From contig JBBTUL010000008.1 in assembly GCA_038063755.1 (NCBI GenBank), forward strand, positions 17,910-81,909: DNA of 64,000 nucleotides, written 5' to 3'. Both the position numbers and the translations under genes were made by a program. The notes beneath the pieces are model-generated. The model saw only the letters and a program-made list of their open reading frames with translations, did no database searches and was not told the origin of the DNA. Below, piece by piece: positions 53,085-63,443 of this stretch. The DNA comes from Patescibacteria group bacterium. Lineage in GTDB: Bacteria > Patescibacteriota > Minisyncoccia > UBA6257 > 2-01-FULL-56-20. Numbering within the stretch: the stretch's first letter is position 1; each line of letters opens with the position of its first letter.

Positions 53085-53303
53085 ATGAATTGGAAGAATA
53101 TTTTAAAAGGGATCTTTTTTGGATTCACATTGTTCCTGGTCCTCTTTGGTGTTTGGTATTTTTCGTTCGGAATTTTTCCGACTATGACCTCAAGACTTGT
53201 TTATCGGAATGTGAGGCAGGCGGAAGCAAATTTTTTAAAAATGTATTGTGCTCAGGATAACGAAAAAAACAAGCTGGAGCGAAGTATCTGCCAAGGAGAA
53301 TAA
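53085..53303 (+). CDS. Small hypothetical membrane protein, 72 aa
   Basis: Single TM helix; directly precedes the pilin gene. Confidence 0.3.
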   Translation: MNWKNILKGIFFGFTLFLVLFGVWYFSFGIFPTMTSRLVYRNVRQAEANFLKMYCAQDNEKNKLERSICQGE

Positions 53304-54541
53304 TGACAAGAGAAAGATCGGGGTTTACGCTTATCGAGATATTCATTGTTGTGTCTGTTGTTTCGATTCTTTCTACCATCGTGGTGTTCGTTTTAAATCC
53401 AGCAGAACTTCTTCGGCAGGCAAGGGATTCTTCGCGAATTTCAGATCTTGCAGGCGTGAGTTCTGCGCTTAATATATTCAATGTTGATCGAGCTGGATCT
53501 TGGATTGGAACGTCGAGCGTAGTATACGTTTCAATTCCTGATTCATCGGCAACGTGCGCGAATTTGGGGCTTGTGGCGTTGCCATCGGGATGGTCATATA
53601 GCTGTTCTTCCGTGGCTGATCTTAGAAACGTTAACGGAACCGGTTGGATACCCGTTGACTTCACGGCGATAAGCACCGGAGCCCCCATCTCGGAACTGCC
53701 GATTGATCAGACGAACACGACATCTGGAGATGCATTCTACACTTATGTTGCGGGAGGCAACAATGTATTCGTACTCGGATCTGTTTTGGAATCTGGAAAA
53801 AATTTGCCGAGGGCACTTAACGATGGAGGGGGAGATCCTCTTTCGTATGAGGCTGGGTCAAGCCTTTCGCTGGCGCCGTTTATGCACGGACTTCGGGGTT
53901 ATTGGAGTTTTGATGACGGAAACAACTCGACGACGAGCGACTCGTCCGGTTACGGAAACACCGGAAGCTGGAATGGCACGAGCAGTCCGCATTATCTTGC
54001 CGGGAAGGTTGGAGCGAATGCCGCTAAGTTTAACGGAATGAACGACTACGTGGCGATGTCGGGATTTTCCTGGGCATCTACTACGGAACCGGTCACGATT
54101 CTTTATTGGAATTATATAAGCTCAACTGCCCCTGCTTTCACTACGGCGGCTTTCAGTATCGGCAGCAACATGCCGGGAGGCAGAAACTTTAGAGGCGCTA
54201 CTCCGGGCACTGGCGCTGGCGGAACTCAGTATTATTTTGACTACGGTGTTGCTGCTGGTGCAGGGCGAGTCATAGGAACCGGCTATTCGAGTTACGACGA
54301 TGCTTGGACGCATGTTGCTCTTGTGAGCAAGGGCATCGGCGGCAACGGCATGTCGGCATATTTAAATGGCAACGAAACTTTATCAAGCGGAAATTCAGAG
54401 AGCAACCTAATAACGGCGACTCCTCTCAACATCGGGAGAGATTCTATTTTTTACCACGTGGGCTTGATTGATGAATTTCTGATATACAGCAGGGCGCTTA
54501 CAAGAAATCAGATTCAGGCGTTTTATGACGCAACGCGCTAA
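53303..54541 (+). CDS. Type IV pilin-like protein fused to a LamG/concanavalin-A-like domain
   Basis: Class III signal peptide R-S-G|FTLIEIFIVVSVVSIL; C-terminal LamG signature ...FNGMNDYVAMS...WTHVALV...DEFLIYSRALTRNQIQAFY. Confidence 0.7.
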   Translation: MTRERSGFTLIEIFIVVSVVSILSTIVVFVLNPAELLRQARDSSRISDLAGVSSALNIFNVDRAGSWIGTSSVVYVSIPDSSATCANLGLVALPSGWSYSCSSVADLRNVNGTGWIPVDFTAISTGAPISELPIDQTNTTSGDAFYTYVAGGNNVFVLGSVLESGKNLPRALNDGGGDPLSYEAGSSLSLAPFMHGLRGYWSFDDGNNSTTSDSSGYGNTGSWNGTSSPHYLAGKVGANAAKFNGMNDYVAMSGFSWASTTEPVTILYWNYISSTAPAFTTAAFSIGSNMPGGRNFRGATPGTGAGGTQYYFDYGVAAGAGRVIGTGYSSYDDAWTHVALVSKGIGGNGMSAYLNGNETLSSGNSESNLITATPLNIGRDSIFYHVGLIDEFLIYSRALTRNQIQAFYDATR

Positions 54542-55143
54542 GCGCGGCCGTCGAGTGCGCTTCCCAGGGTTTCTTCGTCGGCAAATTCTATCTCTCCGCC
54601 GACTGGAAGGCCTCGTCCAAGCCGAGAGGTCTTTTCTGCGTACGGCGCGAGCTCTTTCGCGATGAGCGAAGCGTGAAAGTCCCCGAAGCTTGTTGGGTTG
54701 AAGCCCAGGATGACCTCTTTTATACTCCCGCCAAGTCGTTCTTTGACGTTCTTTTTAAATCCAGACAAGCGCTTTTGTTGCCAGTCTTCGAGAATGCCAG
54801 TTTTCGGTATTTCTCCTAAAACCAAATAAACACCGTTGAATTTTCTCGTTGCTTCGATCGAAAGGAGATCAGTTTCCTTCTCGACAACAAGGATCCTCGA
54901 AGGATCTCTTCTTCCGTCTTCGCATACGTCGCACAGCTCGTGAGCGTTTTCGTGAATGAAAAAGCATTGCGCGCAACGCTTTACTTGCGAGAGCGCTTTA
55001 ATATGTTCGGAAAGATCGGCAAGCGCGGAGTCTTCGTGTTCAACAAGATAAAGAGCAAGGCGGGTTGCCTGTCGGGGCCCTATCGAAGGAAGTTCTTTTA
55101 AGTCGGCAATGACGTTGCGCAGTGATTTCGGAAGTTGGTGCAT
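54538..55143 (-). CDS. recR: Recombination protein RecR
   Basis: HhH, C4 zinc finger (CAQCFF...CDVC) and Toprim domain; 201 aa. Confidence 0.93.
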   Translation of the reverse strand: MHQLPKSLRNVIADLKELPSIGPRQATRLALYLVEHEDSALADLSEHIKALSQVKRCAQCFFIHENAHELCDVCEDGRRDPSRILVVEKETDLLSIEATRKFNGVYLVLGEIPKTGILEDWQQKRLSGFKKNVKERLGGSIKEVILGFNPTSFGDFHASLIAKELAPYAEKTSRLGRGLPVGGEIEFADEETLGSALDGRA

Positions 55144-55146
55144 CTA

Positions 55147-56508
55147 TTAGAATTCGTTATCCGCCACATAGCGAGTTTCCGCGTTTTTGAAAGTTACTCG
55201 TTCCTGGTCAAAGATGACGTCGATGTTTCCCGTCGGTCCATTACGATGCTTGGCGACAATAAGCTGCGCCACATTTTGTTCTTCCGGGGGTACGTCGATT
55301 CGATCGCGGTCTTTGCGATAAATGAAAACAACTACATCGGCATCCTGCTCGATGCTGCCAGACTCTCGAAGGTCAGAAAGCTTCGGTATCTTGTTATCAC
55401 GCTTGTCGACGTCGCGCGAGAGCTGTGAGAGCGCAAGAACAGGAACATTCAGCTCTCTCGCAAGGCCTTTGAGACCGCGCGATATTTCGGTTACTTGCTG
55501 GACGACATTATCCGACTTTGTTCGCGGCATAACGAGCTGTAGGTAGTCGATGATAATGAGGCCCAGACCGTGCTCGATTTGTAGCCTTCGTGCCATTGAG
55601 CGCATCTGCATGATGTTTGGTGACGGCGTATCGTCTATATAGATGTTTGCGGTTGCAAGGCGATCAAGCGCTCCCTGGATCATCTGGAATTCAATATCCT
55701 CGCTTACGCGTCCTGTGCGGAGTTTCCAGAGCGGCACCTCGGATTCAGCAGCTATGAGGCGATCAATGACTTGTTCGCGAGACATTTCAAGAGAAAAAAT
55801 ACCAACTGGAACACCGCCCTTTGTCGCGGCATGACGGGCGATATCCATCGCGAGAGTTGTTTTTCCAAGCGACGGTCTTGCTCCCAGGATGATAAGGTCT
55901 GATTTTTGAAGACCGGAAAGTTTCTCGTCTAGTTTTGTAAATCCGGTTGGAACGCCGCGAAGCGCTCCTTTGTGCTGGTTCAACATCTCGATGCGCTCGT
56001 AGGCAGATTTCAGTTCGTCTTTCACCGCGACGAAGTTCTGCGGCATAGCTTTTTGCGAGATGGCAAGTATTTTCTGTTCGATAACATCAACGAGGTCTTC
56101 GATGTCGTCGGTTGCTCCAAAGGCGTCTTCGGTTATCTCTGCAGATGCTCGGATAAGATCACGAAGTTGTTTTTTGTCCTTTACCATTTTCGCATAATGC
56201 GAAACATGGGATGCGGTTGCGATCTTATTTGTGAGATCGGCAAGGTAGCTTGAGCCACCGACATCCGCAAGAATCTTTTTTTCTTTCAGGCGATTTCCGA
56301 CACTCACGATGTCTATCGGCTGGCGTTTTTCGTAAAGCTCAAAAATTGCTTCGTAAATTGCTTTGTGAGAAGGATTATAAAAATCATCGGCCAAAAGGGT
56401 GTCCGCGACCTTCATGATCGCGTTTGTGTCGATGAGAATGCTCCCCAAGACTGATTGCTCGGCTTCGATATTTTGCGGGGGGAGTTTTAGGTCGTTGGTT
56501 TTGGCCAT
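55147..56508 (-). CDS. dnaB: Replicative DNA helicase DnaB
   Basis: N-terminal DnaG-interaction domain; Walker A GARPSLGKTTLAMD; RecA-like core; 453 aa. Confidence 0.95.
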   Translation of the reverse strand: MAKTNDLKLPPQNIEAEQSVLGSILIDTNAIMKVADTLLADDFYNPSHKAIYEAIFELYEKRQPIDIVSVGNRLKEKKILADVGGSSYLADLTNKIATASHVSHYAKMVKDKKQLRDLIRASAEITEDAFGATDDIEDLVDVIEQKILAISQKAMPQNFVAVKDELKSAYERIEMLNQHKGALRGVPTGFTKLDEKLSGLQKSDLIILGARPSLGKTTLAMDIARHAATKGGVPVGIFSLEMSREQVIDRLIAAESEVPLWKLRTGRVSEDIEFQMIQGALDRLATANIYIDDTPSPNIMQMRSMARRLQIEHGLGLIIIDYLQLVMPRTKSDNVVQQVTEISRGLKGLARELNVPVLALSQLSRDVDKRDNKIPKLSDLRESGSIEQDADVVVFIYRKDRDRIDVPPEEQNVAQLIVAKHRNGPTGNIDVIFDQERVTFKNAETRYVADNEF

Positions 56509-57869
56509 AGGAAGGGTCCGTTTGATGTGTCTTCAACTACATATCCTAAACCCTCTATTTCTTTTCTCAAGGCGTCTGACTGGATAAACTGTTTACTTTT
56601 TCTGAAGAGCTCCCGTTCCTTTGCTTTTTTCTTTACTTGCGGGGGGGTTTTTGGAGTTTTCATTAAAAATCCGATGTCCTGCAGTGTTTTTTTGACGAAC
56701 AGGAGAGCCGCTCGGGCTGATTTCGATTCAAGTTGCCAGATATTTCCCCCAATGGCAGCGAAAAGAGCGAAAAGGGCCGCCAGGGCTTCCGGTGTGTTAA
56801 GGTCATTTTCCATAGCCGCATGAAAGCGCTTCTCGTAGTCTTGAACGTCAATTTTTATTTTTCCATTCACGCCTTTCGCCATTTCGAGCCTTCCGGTAAA
56901 GCTTGTGAGGTCGTAAAGATTTTTTCCGGCCTGTGTAAGCATGCTTTCGGTGAAGTCCATCGGTGAGCGATAATGGTGGGCGAATATCATCATACGGAAT
57001 GCATCGGCTGGAACTTTATCGAGCATGTCTTCGATCGAGATGAAGTTTCCGACACTTTTTGACATTTTTCGTCCGTTTACGGTAAGTGCCCCTACGTGCA
57101 TCCATAGCTTCACAAACGGTTTTTTTCCCGATGCCGATTCTTGCTGTGCGATTTCCGCCTCATGGTGAGGAAACTTGAGATCGATCCCCGCGCCGTGAAT
57201 GTCATATTGCGGTCCGAAAAAATGCTCGGAGATTGCGGTGTCTTCAATGTGCCATCCGGGGCGGCCCGCGCCAAGCGCTGTTTTCCATGTCGGTTCGTTT
57301 GGCTTCGAAAATTTCCACACACAAAAATCGCCCATATTTCTTTTCCTGTCGCTCATGTCAATTCGACTCACTCCGTCTTCGGCTTGGGCGATTGTTCGCC
57401 CTGCGAGTTTTCCGTAGCTGGGGAATGTGGAAAGATCGAAGTAGTATCCATCGTCCTCGATTTGATAAACGTGCCCTTTTTTTTCGAGCGTCTGTACCTG
57501 CTTCACGATTTCGGGGATATATTTTGTTGCATTCGCGTACTTGGTGACGGAGGAGATATTAAGCGCCTTCAAATTCGCCTTGTATATTTTCTCGTATGTT
57601 TTTGCAATTTCACTCCACGACGCGCCTTGCTCATTGGCTCGGGCGATAATCTTGTCATCCACGTCGGTAATGTTTTGAAGGTAGAAGAGCTTTATACTTC
57701 GGCTTCGCAGATATCTCGCGAAGAGGTCAAATACCATGTAGGTTCTCCCATTTCCGATATGTAAGTAGTCGTAGACCGTCGGCCCGCAGACAAAAAGCCG
57801 CACAGGGCGGTTTTTAGGTCGGGGTATAGGCTCCTTCGTATCCGTAAGTGTGTTATAGATCTTTATCAT
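56487..57869 (-). CDS. cysS: Cysteine--tRNA ligase
   Basis: Class I HIGH-type motif (HIGNGR) and KMSKS; CysRS zinc ligands. Start set at the internal Met (MIKIYNTL). Confidence 0.9.
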   Translation of the reverse strand: MIKIYNTLTDTKEPIPRPKNRPVRLFVCGPTVYDYLHIGNGRTYMVFDLFARYLRSRSIKLFYLQNITDVDDKIIARANEQGASWSEIAKTYEKIYKANLKALNISSVTKYANATKYIPEIVKQVQTLEKKGHVYQIEDDGYYFDLSTFPSYGKLAGRTIAQAEDGVSRIDMSDRKRNMGDFCVWKFSKPNEPTWKTALGAGRPGWHIEDTAISEHFFGPQYDIHGAGIDLKFPHHEAEIAQQESASGKKPFVKLWMHVGALTVNGRKMSKSVGNFISIEDMLDKVPADAFRMMIFAHHYRSPMDFTESMLTQAGKNLYDLTSFTGRLEMAKGVNGKIKIDVQDYEKRFHAAMENDLNTPEALAALFALFAAIGGNIWQLESKSARAALLFVKKTLQDIGFLMKTPKTPPQVKKKAKERELFRKSKQFIQSDALRKEIEGLGYVVEDTSNGPFLWPKPTT

Positions 57870-57874
57870 TACTT

Positions 57875-58750
57875 CTAAAGCCAATCCTTCCGCCGAAAGT
57901 AAAGTACGAGAACCGACATTCCGGATGCCATAATTGCAAGGATAATCCAAAACGCATGCGGGTAATCGACAAGGGGGGTTGATTTCACGTTCATGCTAAA
58001 GAGTGCCGCGAAGAGCATAAAGGGGAAGGTAAGGAATGAGAGCGTGGTGAATGTTTTCATAACCTCGGTTGTCTTTGAATTCATGATCTGGTTATTCGTG
58101 TCTTCAAAATCGGAAATTGCTTCGCGGTAGTCTTCGATTTGACGGATAATTTTTGTTTGGTCTCCCAGTACGTCGTTTAAGTAGATTCTTGATTCTTCAC
58201 CCCAAAAGACAATGCCGTGCTGCATAAGTGAATGGAGGATCGCCTCGCCGTAGCGGACAATGATGCGGTATTCAGAAATATCCCGTTTCAAGTGAGAAAG
58301 TTTTTTCAATACCTCGCGCTCCTTGTTTTTGAAAAGCTCGTTTCCGATTTCCTCAACTTTTTCTCCAATGTGTCGGAGTTGCCGTTCTTCAAACTGCGCA
58401 AGCGCACCGAGAAGAGAATACACAAGAGAAAGAGAATCCTTAAACTCAACGGATTTAAAGTCATTCAAGACATCTAAGCGCTCGTATCTCACAGTAACAA
58501 CAGCCTTCTTCATTATCACGAAGTCTATTTCGGCCCTTCGTGAGGTTTGTTCCGTCCCGTCGTAAATGGGGAAGTAGCAGGTCATGTAGAGGTAGTCATC
58601 GTACCGTTCGACATGAGCGCGCGCGGAAGGCTCCTCAATTTCTCGCAGGATAACGTCGTGTAGCTTAAACCGCTCCTTTAGATAGCTAATATCTTTTTTT
58701 GTTGGCCGCTCAATGTCAACCCACTCAACCTTCTTTCCGATGTTCTTCAT
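57875..58750 (-). CDS. corA: CorA-family divalent-cation (Mg/Co) transporter
   Basis: Cytoplasmic alpha/beta domain, two C-terminal TM helices, SMN variant of the GMN motif (FSMNV). Confidence 0.75.
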   Translation of the reverse strand: MKNIGKKVEWVDIERPTKKDISYLKERFKLHDVILREIEEPSARAHVERYDDYLYMTCYFPIYDGTEQTSRRAEIDFVIMKKAVVTVRYERLDVLNDFKSVEFKDSLSLVYSLLGALAQFEERQLRHIGEKVEEIGNELFKNKEREVLKKLSHLKRDISEYRIIVRYGEAILHSLMQHGIVFWGEESRIYLNDVLGDQTKIIRQIEDYREAISDFEDTNNQIMNSKTTEVMKTFTTLSFLTFPFMLFAALFSMNVKSTPLVDYPHAFWIILAIMASGMSVLVLYFRRKDWL

Positions 58751-58863
58751 AGAGAAATTATACATTACGCACAAAAGTTTAGCTCACGCCAAAAATCCTT
58801 GAATTGAAAACAGCCACCGATGTGTTGGTGACTGTTGGGGGGATTTGGACCCCGACTACGAGG

Positions 58864-59085
58864 CTATCGCAAAAGAACGATGACGATCTCCTTCTCGGTG
58901 TTTCTCCGACGAAAAGATGGGGAAGTCACCATCAACCACAGCAGCGTGGCGATGATGACCGGGAAGGCCCAGCCCGGGCAAAACCAGAACAGGGCAACCA
59001 GCGCACACAGGAATCCAAGCAACAGCAGGTGGAACATCGGTTTTCTCCTTATCTGCGAAAGAGCGGCTTCCGGAGAGCCGCCCAA
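58864..59085 (-). CDS. Possible small membrane protein
   Basis: Two hydrophobic helices; weak. Confidence 0.25.
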   Translation of the reverse strand: MGGSPEAALSQIRRKPMFHLLLLGFLCALVALFWFCPGWAFPVIIATLLWLMVTSPSFRRRNTEKEIVIVLLR

Positions 59086-59221
59086 TCTCGGTTGGGTCTT
59101 GTCTCTGGAATTAGAGGAATTATACCATATATCTAGGAAAACGCAAGGGCAAGGAAAAATAAGAAAACCACCGACAGTGCGGTGGTGTTGATTGGTCTAC
59201 GTCGTCCTGGCCCGTGAGGCC

Positions 59222-59665
59222 TCAGAAGTCCGACCTAATGCCGAACAGTCCGAGGGGACCTGCTGGGCGGGAAAGCTCGCGAAGCTCTCTGCGACAATCT
59301 TCTGAATATCCAGCGATATTTTCTCTTGTCAGGGGGGAGCGATTGTCTTGACGAGCGTGCTCGTCTCGGATCGAACTACCACCGTTTCCATTTCCGCCCT
59401 TGGGGTTGTCGGACTCGGACGCTCCCACTGCTATTCCACCCCAGAGAACGACCGTAAACATCACCGAAAAGATAATGTCGCTAGGAGACCATGCCCGAAT
59501 CTCGAAGAATCCGTTATATATCAAATCTTCTAATACGACGAGGAGCACGTACGCGAGAATTGTTTTTAGAGAAAATCCATGTCGGCCCATCCAAACTCCA
59601 GCGCAATAGGATAGAGCAAAAAAAATAATCGTTGTTATTAAGAGAAGGCCGAGGTTCTCAAACAT
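59222..59665 (-). CDS. Hypothetical membrane protein, 147 aa
   Basis: Three TM helices then a Gly/Asn-rich region. Confidence 0.4.
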   Translation of the reverse strand: MFENLGLLLITTIIFFALSYCAGVWMGRHGFSLKTILAYVLLVVLEDLIYNGFFEIRAWSPSDIIFSVMFTVVLWGGIAVGASESDNPKGGNGNGGSSIRDEHARQDNRSPLTRENIAGYSEDCRRELRELSRPAGPLGLFGIRSDF

Positions 59666-60035
59666 ACTTCCCCCCTGTGTTGTGAAAGAGCAACCTACGA
59701 AAGGTAGCTCTTTCTTTGTTGGACGATGCGTATCGAAGCTACTTGTTTTATATCACGCATGAAAAAAAGTACAAGTCTTTGGAAAAGGCGAGGTTCGGGC
59801 ACATTAAGCGAAGCTATCGGAGGCATGATTCTTCAAGCGGGCGGAGGCTTCTTGTGTCGTCGGAGCATGCATCCCTGCGGAGAGCGAGGCTTGCGGATTG
59901 ATGGAGTGTTGGCTTTCTTGTCGCACACTCCCGCGAAACGAGGGTAAGACTGGCCTAGCGGCCTTGGAGCGCCCGAGAGAAGGGGGAGTGTGTGACAAGG
60001 TAAGGCGGGGTATCAACACACAAGCCGAGCGTAAA

Positions 60036-60062
60036 TTGGCACTCTTGACACCCGATTGCCAA
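60036..60062 (+). promoter_or_regulatory. Degenerate CIRCE-like inverted repeat overlapping the hrcA promoter
   Basis: TTGGCACTC-N9-GATTGCCAA, compared with CIRCE TTAGCACTC-N9-GAGTGCTAA; it embeds TTGACA, with TATACT 17 nt downstream. Confidence 0.35.
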
Positions 60063-60080
60063 TTTTATTATACTCTGATC

Positions 60081-60815
60081 ATGCAGATAAACGACCGCAC
60101 CGCAGATATTTTAGAAGCGGCAATTCGCGAGTTTATTGAAACGGGGGAACCAATTAGTTCCGGATTTTTGTACGATGCATATTCGTTTGGCATCAAGCCA
60201 GCAATGATTAGAGCCGAACTTGCTCGTCTTACCGCCGATGGTTTTTTGGAGCAGCCATATCACTCGGCAGGAAGGATTCCAACCGATCAGGGATACGAAT
60301 TTTTTGCTTCCCGCACGATTGATCGCGGAGTTCGAGAGCGAGCGCCAAAAAATACTCTCTCGGAGCCGTTTCGCGCCGGAGCGTGGTGTGAGTTCCTTGG
60401 GGAATTTTCGGATCTTTTGGGGGTCGCGGCTATTGCCGAAGATTTGAGCGAGAAGACGGTGCACAAAGAAGGATTGAGCGACCTCATTCAGAATCTTTCA
60501 TGGGATTCTCGCGAGTCATTGCAACAAGTGATCGAGGATTTTGAAGAGATAGACAGAAGGCTTAATCGAATCGAAGGGATCATCAAAGCGAAAGGCCCAC
60601 CCCAAGTTTTTGTAGGGAAGAAGAGTCCGATTACCGAAAGCGATGATATTGCGCTTATCGCGGGAGGATACGATATCGGAGGAAGGAAGATAATGCTTAT
60701 TCTTATGGGGCCGAAGCGAATGGATTATGAGAAGGCAGCGGAAGTGTTAAGGGGGCTCGAACGAGTATGCGATACCAGACATCGAGAAAACAAGAAAAAA
60801 ATAAAATCACCATGA
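60081..60815 (+). CDS. hrcA: Heat-inducible transcription repressor HrcA (short form)
   Basis: N-terminal wHTH RTADILEAAIREFIETGEPISS; position upstream of grpE-dnaK. Confidence 0.75.
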   Translation: MQINDRTADILEAAIREFIETGEPISSGFLYDAYSFGIKPAMIRAELARLTADGFLEQPYHSAGRIPTDQGYEFFASRTIDRGVRERAPKNTLSEPFRAGAWCEFLGEFSDLLGVAAIAEDLSEKTVHKEGLSDLIQNLSWDSRESLQQVIEDFEEIDRRLNRIEGIIKAKGPPQVFVGKKSPITESDDIALIAGGYDIGGRKIMLILMGPKRMDYEKAAEVLRGLERVCDTRHRENKKKIKSP

Positions 60816-61327
60816 GCGACGATATAGAAAAGAAGGAAGAAGAAAAACTCCTCGAAGGGGTTGATGAAACGAAGGATCTGCGCGAGAAACTTGAGCAGTG
60901 CGAAAAACAGCGCGATGAGTATCTCGCTGGGTGGCAGAGGGCAAAAGCAGATTTTATAAACTACAGAAAAGAGGAGATGGCGCGGCTGCAGGAGGTCGCG
61001 AAATATGGAGCAGAAGACTTAATTCGAGAGTGCATCACGGTTATTGATAGTTTTGATCTTGGTATTCGGGCGCTCGAGAAACAAGGAGCTGTTGAAAAAG
61101 GAGTATATATGATACGAGCGCAGGTTGAAGATATGCTTCGAAAGCGTGGAGTTGAGCGGATTCCGCTGAAGTCCGGAGAAGAGTTCGACCCAACGACGTC
61201 AGAGGCTGTTGCTGAAGTTCAGTCCGATCTTCCGACAGGTGCGATTGTTGAAGAGATTGAGGCGGGATACAGGCTTCATGAAAAAATCGTCCGACCGGCT
61301 CGAGTCACGGTGAGTAAGGGTAGGTGA
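60812..61327 (+). CDS. grpE: Nucleotide exchange factor GrpE
   Basis: Coiled-coil then beta-domain; DEYLAGWQRAKADFINYRKE... pattern; ATGA overlap with hrcA. Confidence 0.9.
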   Translation: MSDDIEKKEEEKLLEGVDETKDLREKLEQCEKQRDEYLAGWQRAKADFINYRKEEMARLQEVAKYGAEDLIRECITVIDSFDLGIRALEKQGAVEKGVYMIRAQVEDMLRKRGVERIPLKSGEEFDPTTSEAVAEVQSDLPTGAIVEEIEAGYRLHEKIVRPARVTVSKGR

Positions 61328-61501
61328 GTATAAAAATAAAACATAAAAACATGCCAAAAATTATATCTTCGCTTCGCTCGATAAAACTGGTTCGCTCGGC
61401 CGCAATAAAAAAGGAATTTTTTATTACTGCCTCGCTCCCAATTTCAGGAATAGACTCGGTATCTACAGAAAAAACGACATAAACTAATCTAAAATCAAAA
61501 T

Positions 61502-63379
61502 ATGAGCAAAATAATTGGCATTGATCTAGGTACTACCAACTCCGCAGTAGCGGTCATGGAGGGCGGTGAGCCGCGCATTTTAGAAAACAGCGAAGGCAAT
61601 CGCACAACACCTTCTGTTTCTGCCGTAAACAAGACTGGCGAGCGCCTTGTCGGGCTTCTCGCGAAGCGCCAAGCGATTACCAACCCGAAAAACACCATTT
61701 TTTCCGTAAAGAGGCTTATCGGAAGAAAATGGAGCGATGCGGAAGTGCAGCGAGACAAATCCTGGATGCCGTACGAGATGCGAGAGTCACCGCATGGAGG
61801 TGTTGAGGTGAAAATGGGCGAGGAGTGGTTTTCTCCCGAGGCCATTTCCGCATTCGTCCTCTCGAAGCTCAAAGCTGATGCGGAGGCGAAGCTTGGGGAA
61901 AAAGTAGAAGAAGCGGTTATTACTGTGCCGGCCTACTTTGATGATTCCCAGAGACAGGCGACAAAGAATGCGGGAGAAATTGCGGGACTTAAGGTAAAAA
62001 GAATTTTAAATGAGCCGACAGCGGCTGCGCTCGCATACGGCATGAGCAAGAAAAAAAATGAGAAAATCGTAGTCTATGATTTTGGTGGAGGTACGTTCGA
62101 CATCTCAGTTCTTGAGGTTGGAGACGATACGGTCGAAGTGAAATCAACCGGAGGAGACACACATCTTGGCGGCGATGACTTCGACAAAAAAATCCAGGAA
62201 TATCTCGCGCAGGAATATAAGAAACAAGAGGGGATTGATATTTCGAAAGACCCTCTCGCGCTCCAGCGACTTAAAGAGGCAGCCGAGCGGGCCAAGCATG
62301 AGCTTTCAACCGCCGGAGAGACAGAAGTGAATATCCCGTACATTTCGTCCGATGAAGCCGGGCCGAAGCATTTCTTAATGAAACTTACCCGCGCGAAACT
62401 CGAAAGCCTGGTTAAGGAGTATGTTGATCATTCAGTTGAACTTACGCGAACAGCCGTTACCGCCGCCGCGCCGAAGGGTGCGGGGTTCAAGCTTTCCGAT
62501 ATCGACGAGGTGGTGCTGGTTGGAGGACAAACCCGTATGCCGGCGATTCAGGAAGCAGTCAAGAATCTTTTTGGGAAAGAACCCCACAAGGGAATTAATC
62601 CTGACGAAGTGGTTGCCGTAGGAGCCGCAGTCCAGGCGGGAATCCTTCAGGGAGACGTAAAAGATATTTTGCTTCTTGATGTAACACCGCTCACTTTAAG
62701 CATCGAAACGTTAGGAGGAGTGGCAACGCCGATGATAGAAAAGAACACGACTGTTCCAACTGCAAAGGCGCAGATATTTTCGACGGCAGCAGATAACCAG
62801 ACCTCGGTTGAGGTGCACGTGCTTCAGGGAGAGCGCCCACTTGCGGCAGACAACAAAACGCTCGCACGGTTCATTCTTGACGGGATTCCACCCTCTCCTC
62901 GTGGCATGCCGCAGGTTGAAGTTACTTTTGATATTGATGCAAACGGTATCTTGCATGTTAAGGCGGTCGATAAGGCAAGCAATAAATCGCAGTCGGTCCG
63001 CATTGAGGCATCAACTGCCCTTTCAAAAGAAGAAATTGAGAGGCTAAAAAACGAAGCCGCGCAGCACGCGGAAGAAGACGCGAAGAAAAAGGAACTTATC
63101 GAAGCGAAGAATCAGGCAGAGACGCTTGCGTATACCGCCGAAAAGGCACTTTCGGACGCCGGGGATAAAGTGCCGGAAGATGTGAAGAAAGGAGTTACCG
63201 AAAAGATCGAAGCGGTAAAACAGGCGAAAGAAGGTTCGGATGCCGCTGCGATTCAGGCTGCCGTCGCTAATCTTTCCGCTGAAATTCAAAAGATCGGTCA
63301 AAACCTCTATAATAAGGATAATGGCGAACAACCTCATGGAGATTCTGCATCCGCGTCCGCAGAACCAAAATCTTCTTGA
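61502..63379 (+). CDS. dnaK: Chaperone DnaK (Hsp70)
   Basis: [18 protein letters not shown], peptide-binding domain and lid; 625 aa. Confidence 0.98.
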   Translation: MSKIIGIDLGTTNSAVAVMEGGEPRILENSEGNRTTPSVSAVNKTGERLVGLLAKRQAITNPKNTIFSVKRLIGRKWSDAEVQRDKSWMPYEMRESPHGGVEVKMGEEWFSPEAISAFVLSKLKADAEAKLGEKVEEAVITVPAYFDDSQRQATKNAGEIAGLKVKRILNEPTAAALAYGMSKKKNEKIVVYDFGGGTFDISVLEVGDDTVEVKSTGGDTHLGGDDFDKKIQEYLAQEYKKQEGIDISKDPLALQRLKEAAERAKHELSTAGETEVNIPYISSDEAGPKHFLMKLTRAKLESLVKEYVDHSVELTRTAVTAAAPKGAGFKLSDIDEVVLVGGQTRMPAIQEAVKNLFGKEPHKGINPDEVVAVGAAVQAGILQGDVKDILLLDVTPLTLSIETLGGVATPMIEKNTTVPTAKAQIFSTAADNQTSVEVHVLQGERPLAADNKTLARFILDGIPPSPRGMPQVEVTFDIDANGILHVKAVDKASNKSQSVRIEASTALSKEEIERLKNEAAQHAEEDAKKKELIEAKNQAETLAYTAEKALSDAGDKVPEDVKKGVTEKIEAVKQAKEGSDAAAIQAAVANLSAEIQKIGQNLYNKDNGEQPHGDSASASAEPKSS

Positions 63380-63443
63380 TCAAGTAGGCAGCAGCAGGCC
63401 ACCGGCCCCTCCCGGATACTACAAAGGAATTGCTCTCGATATC

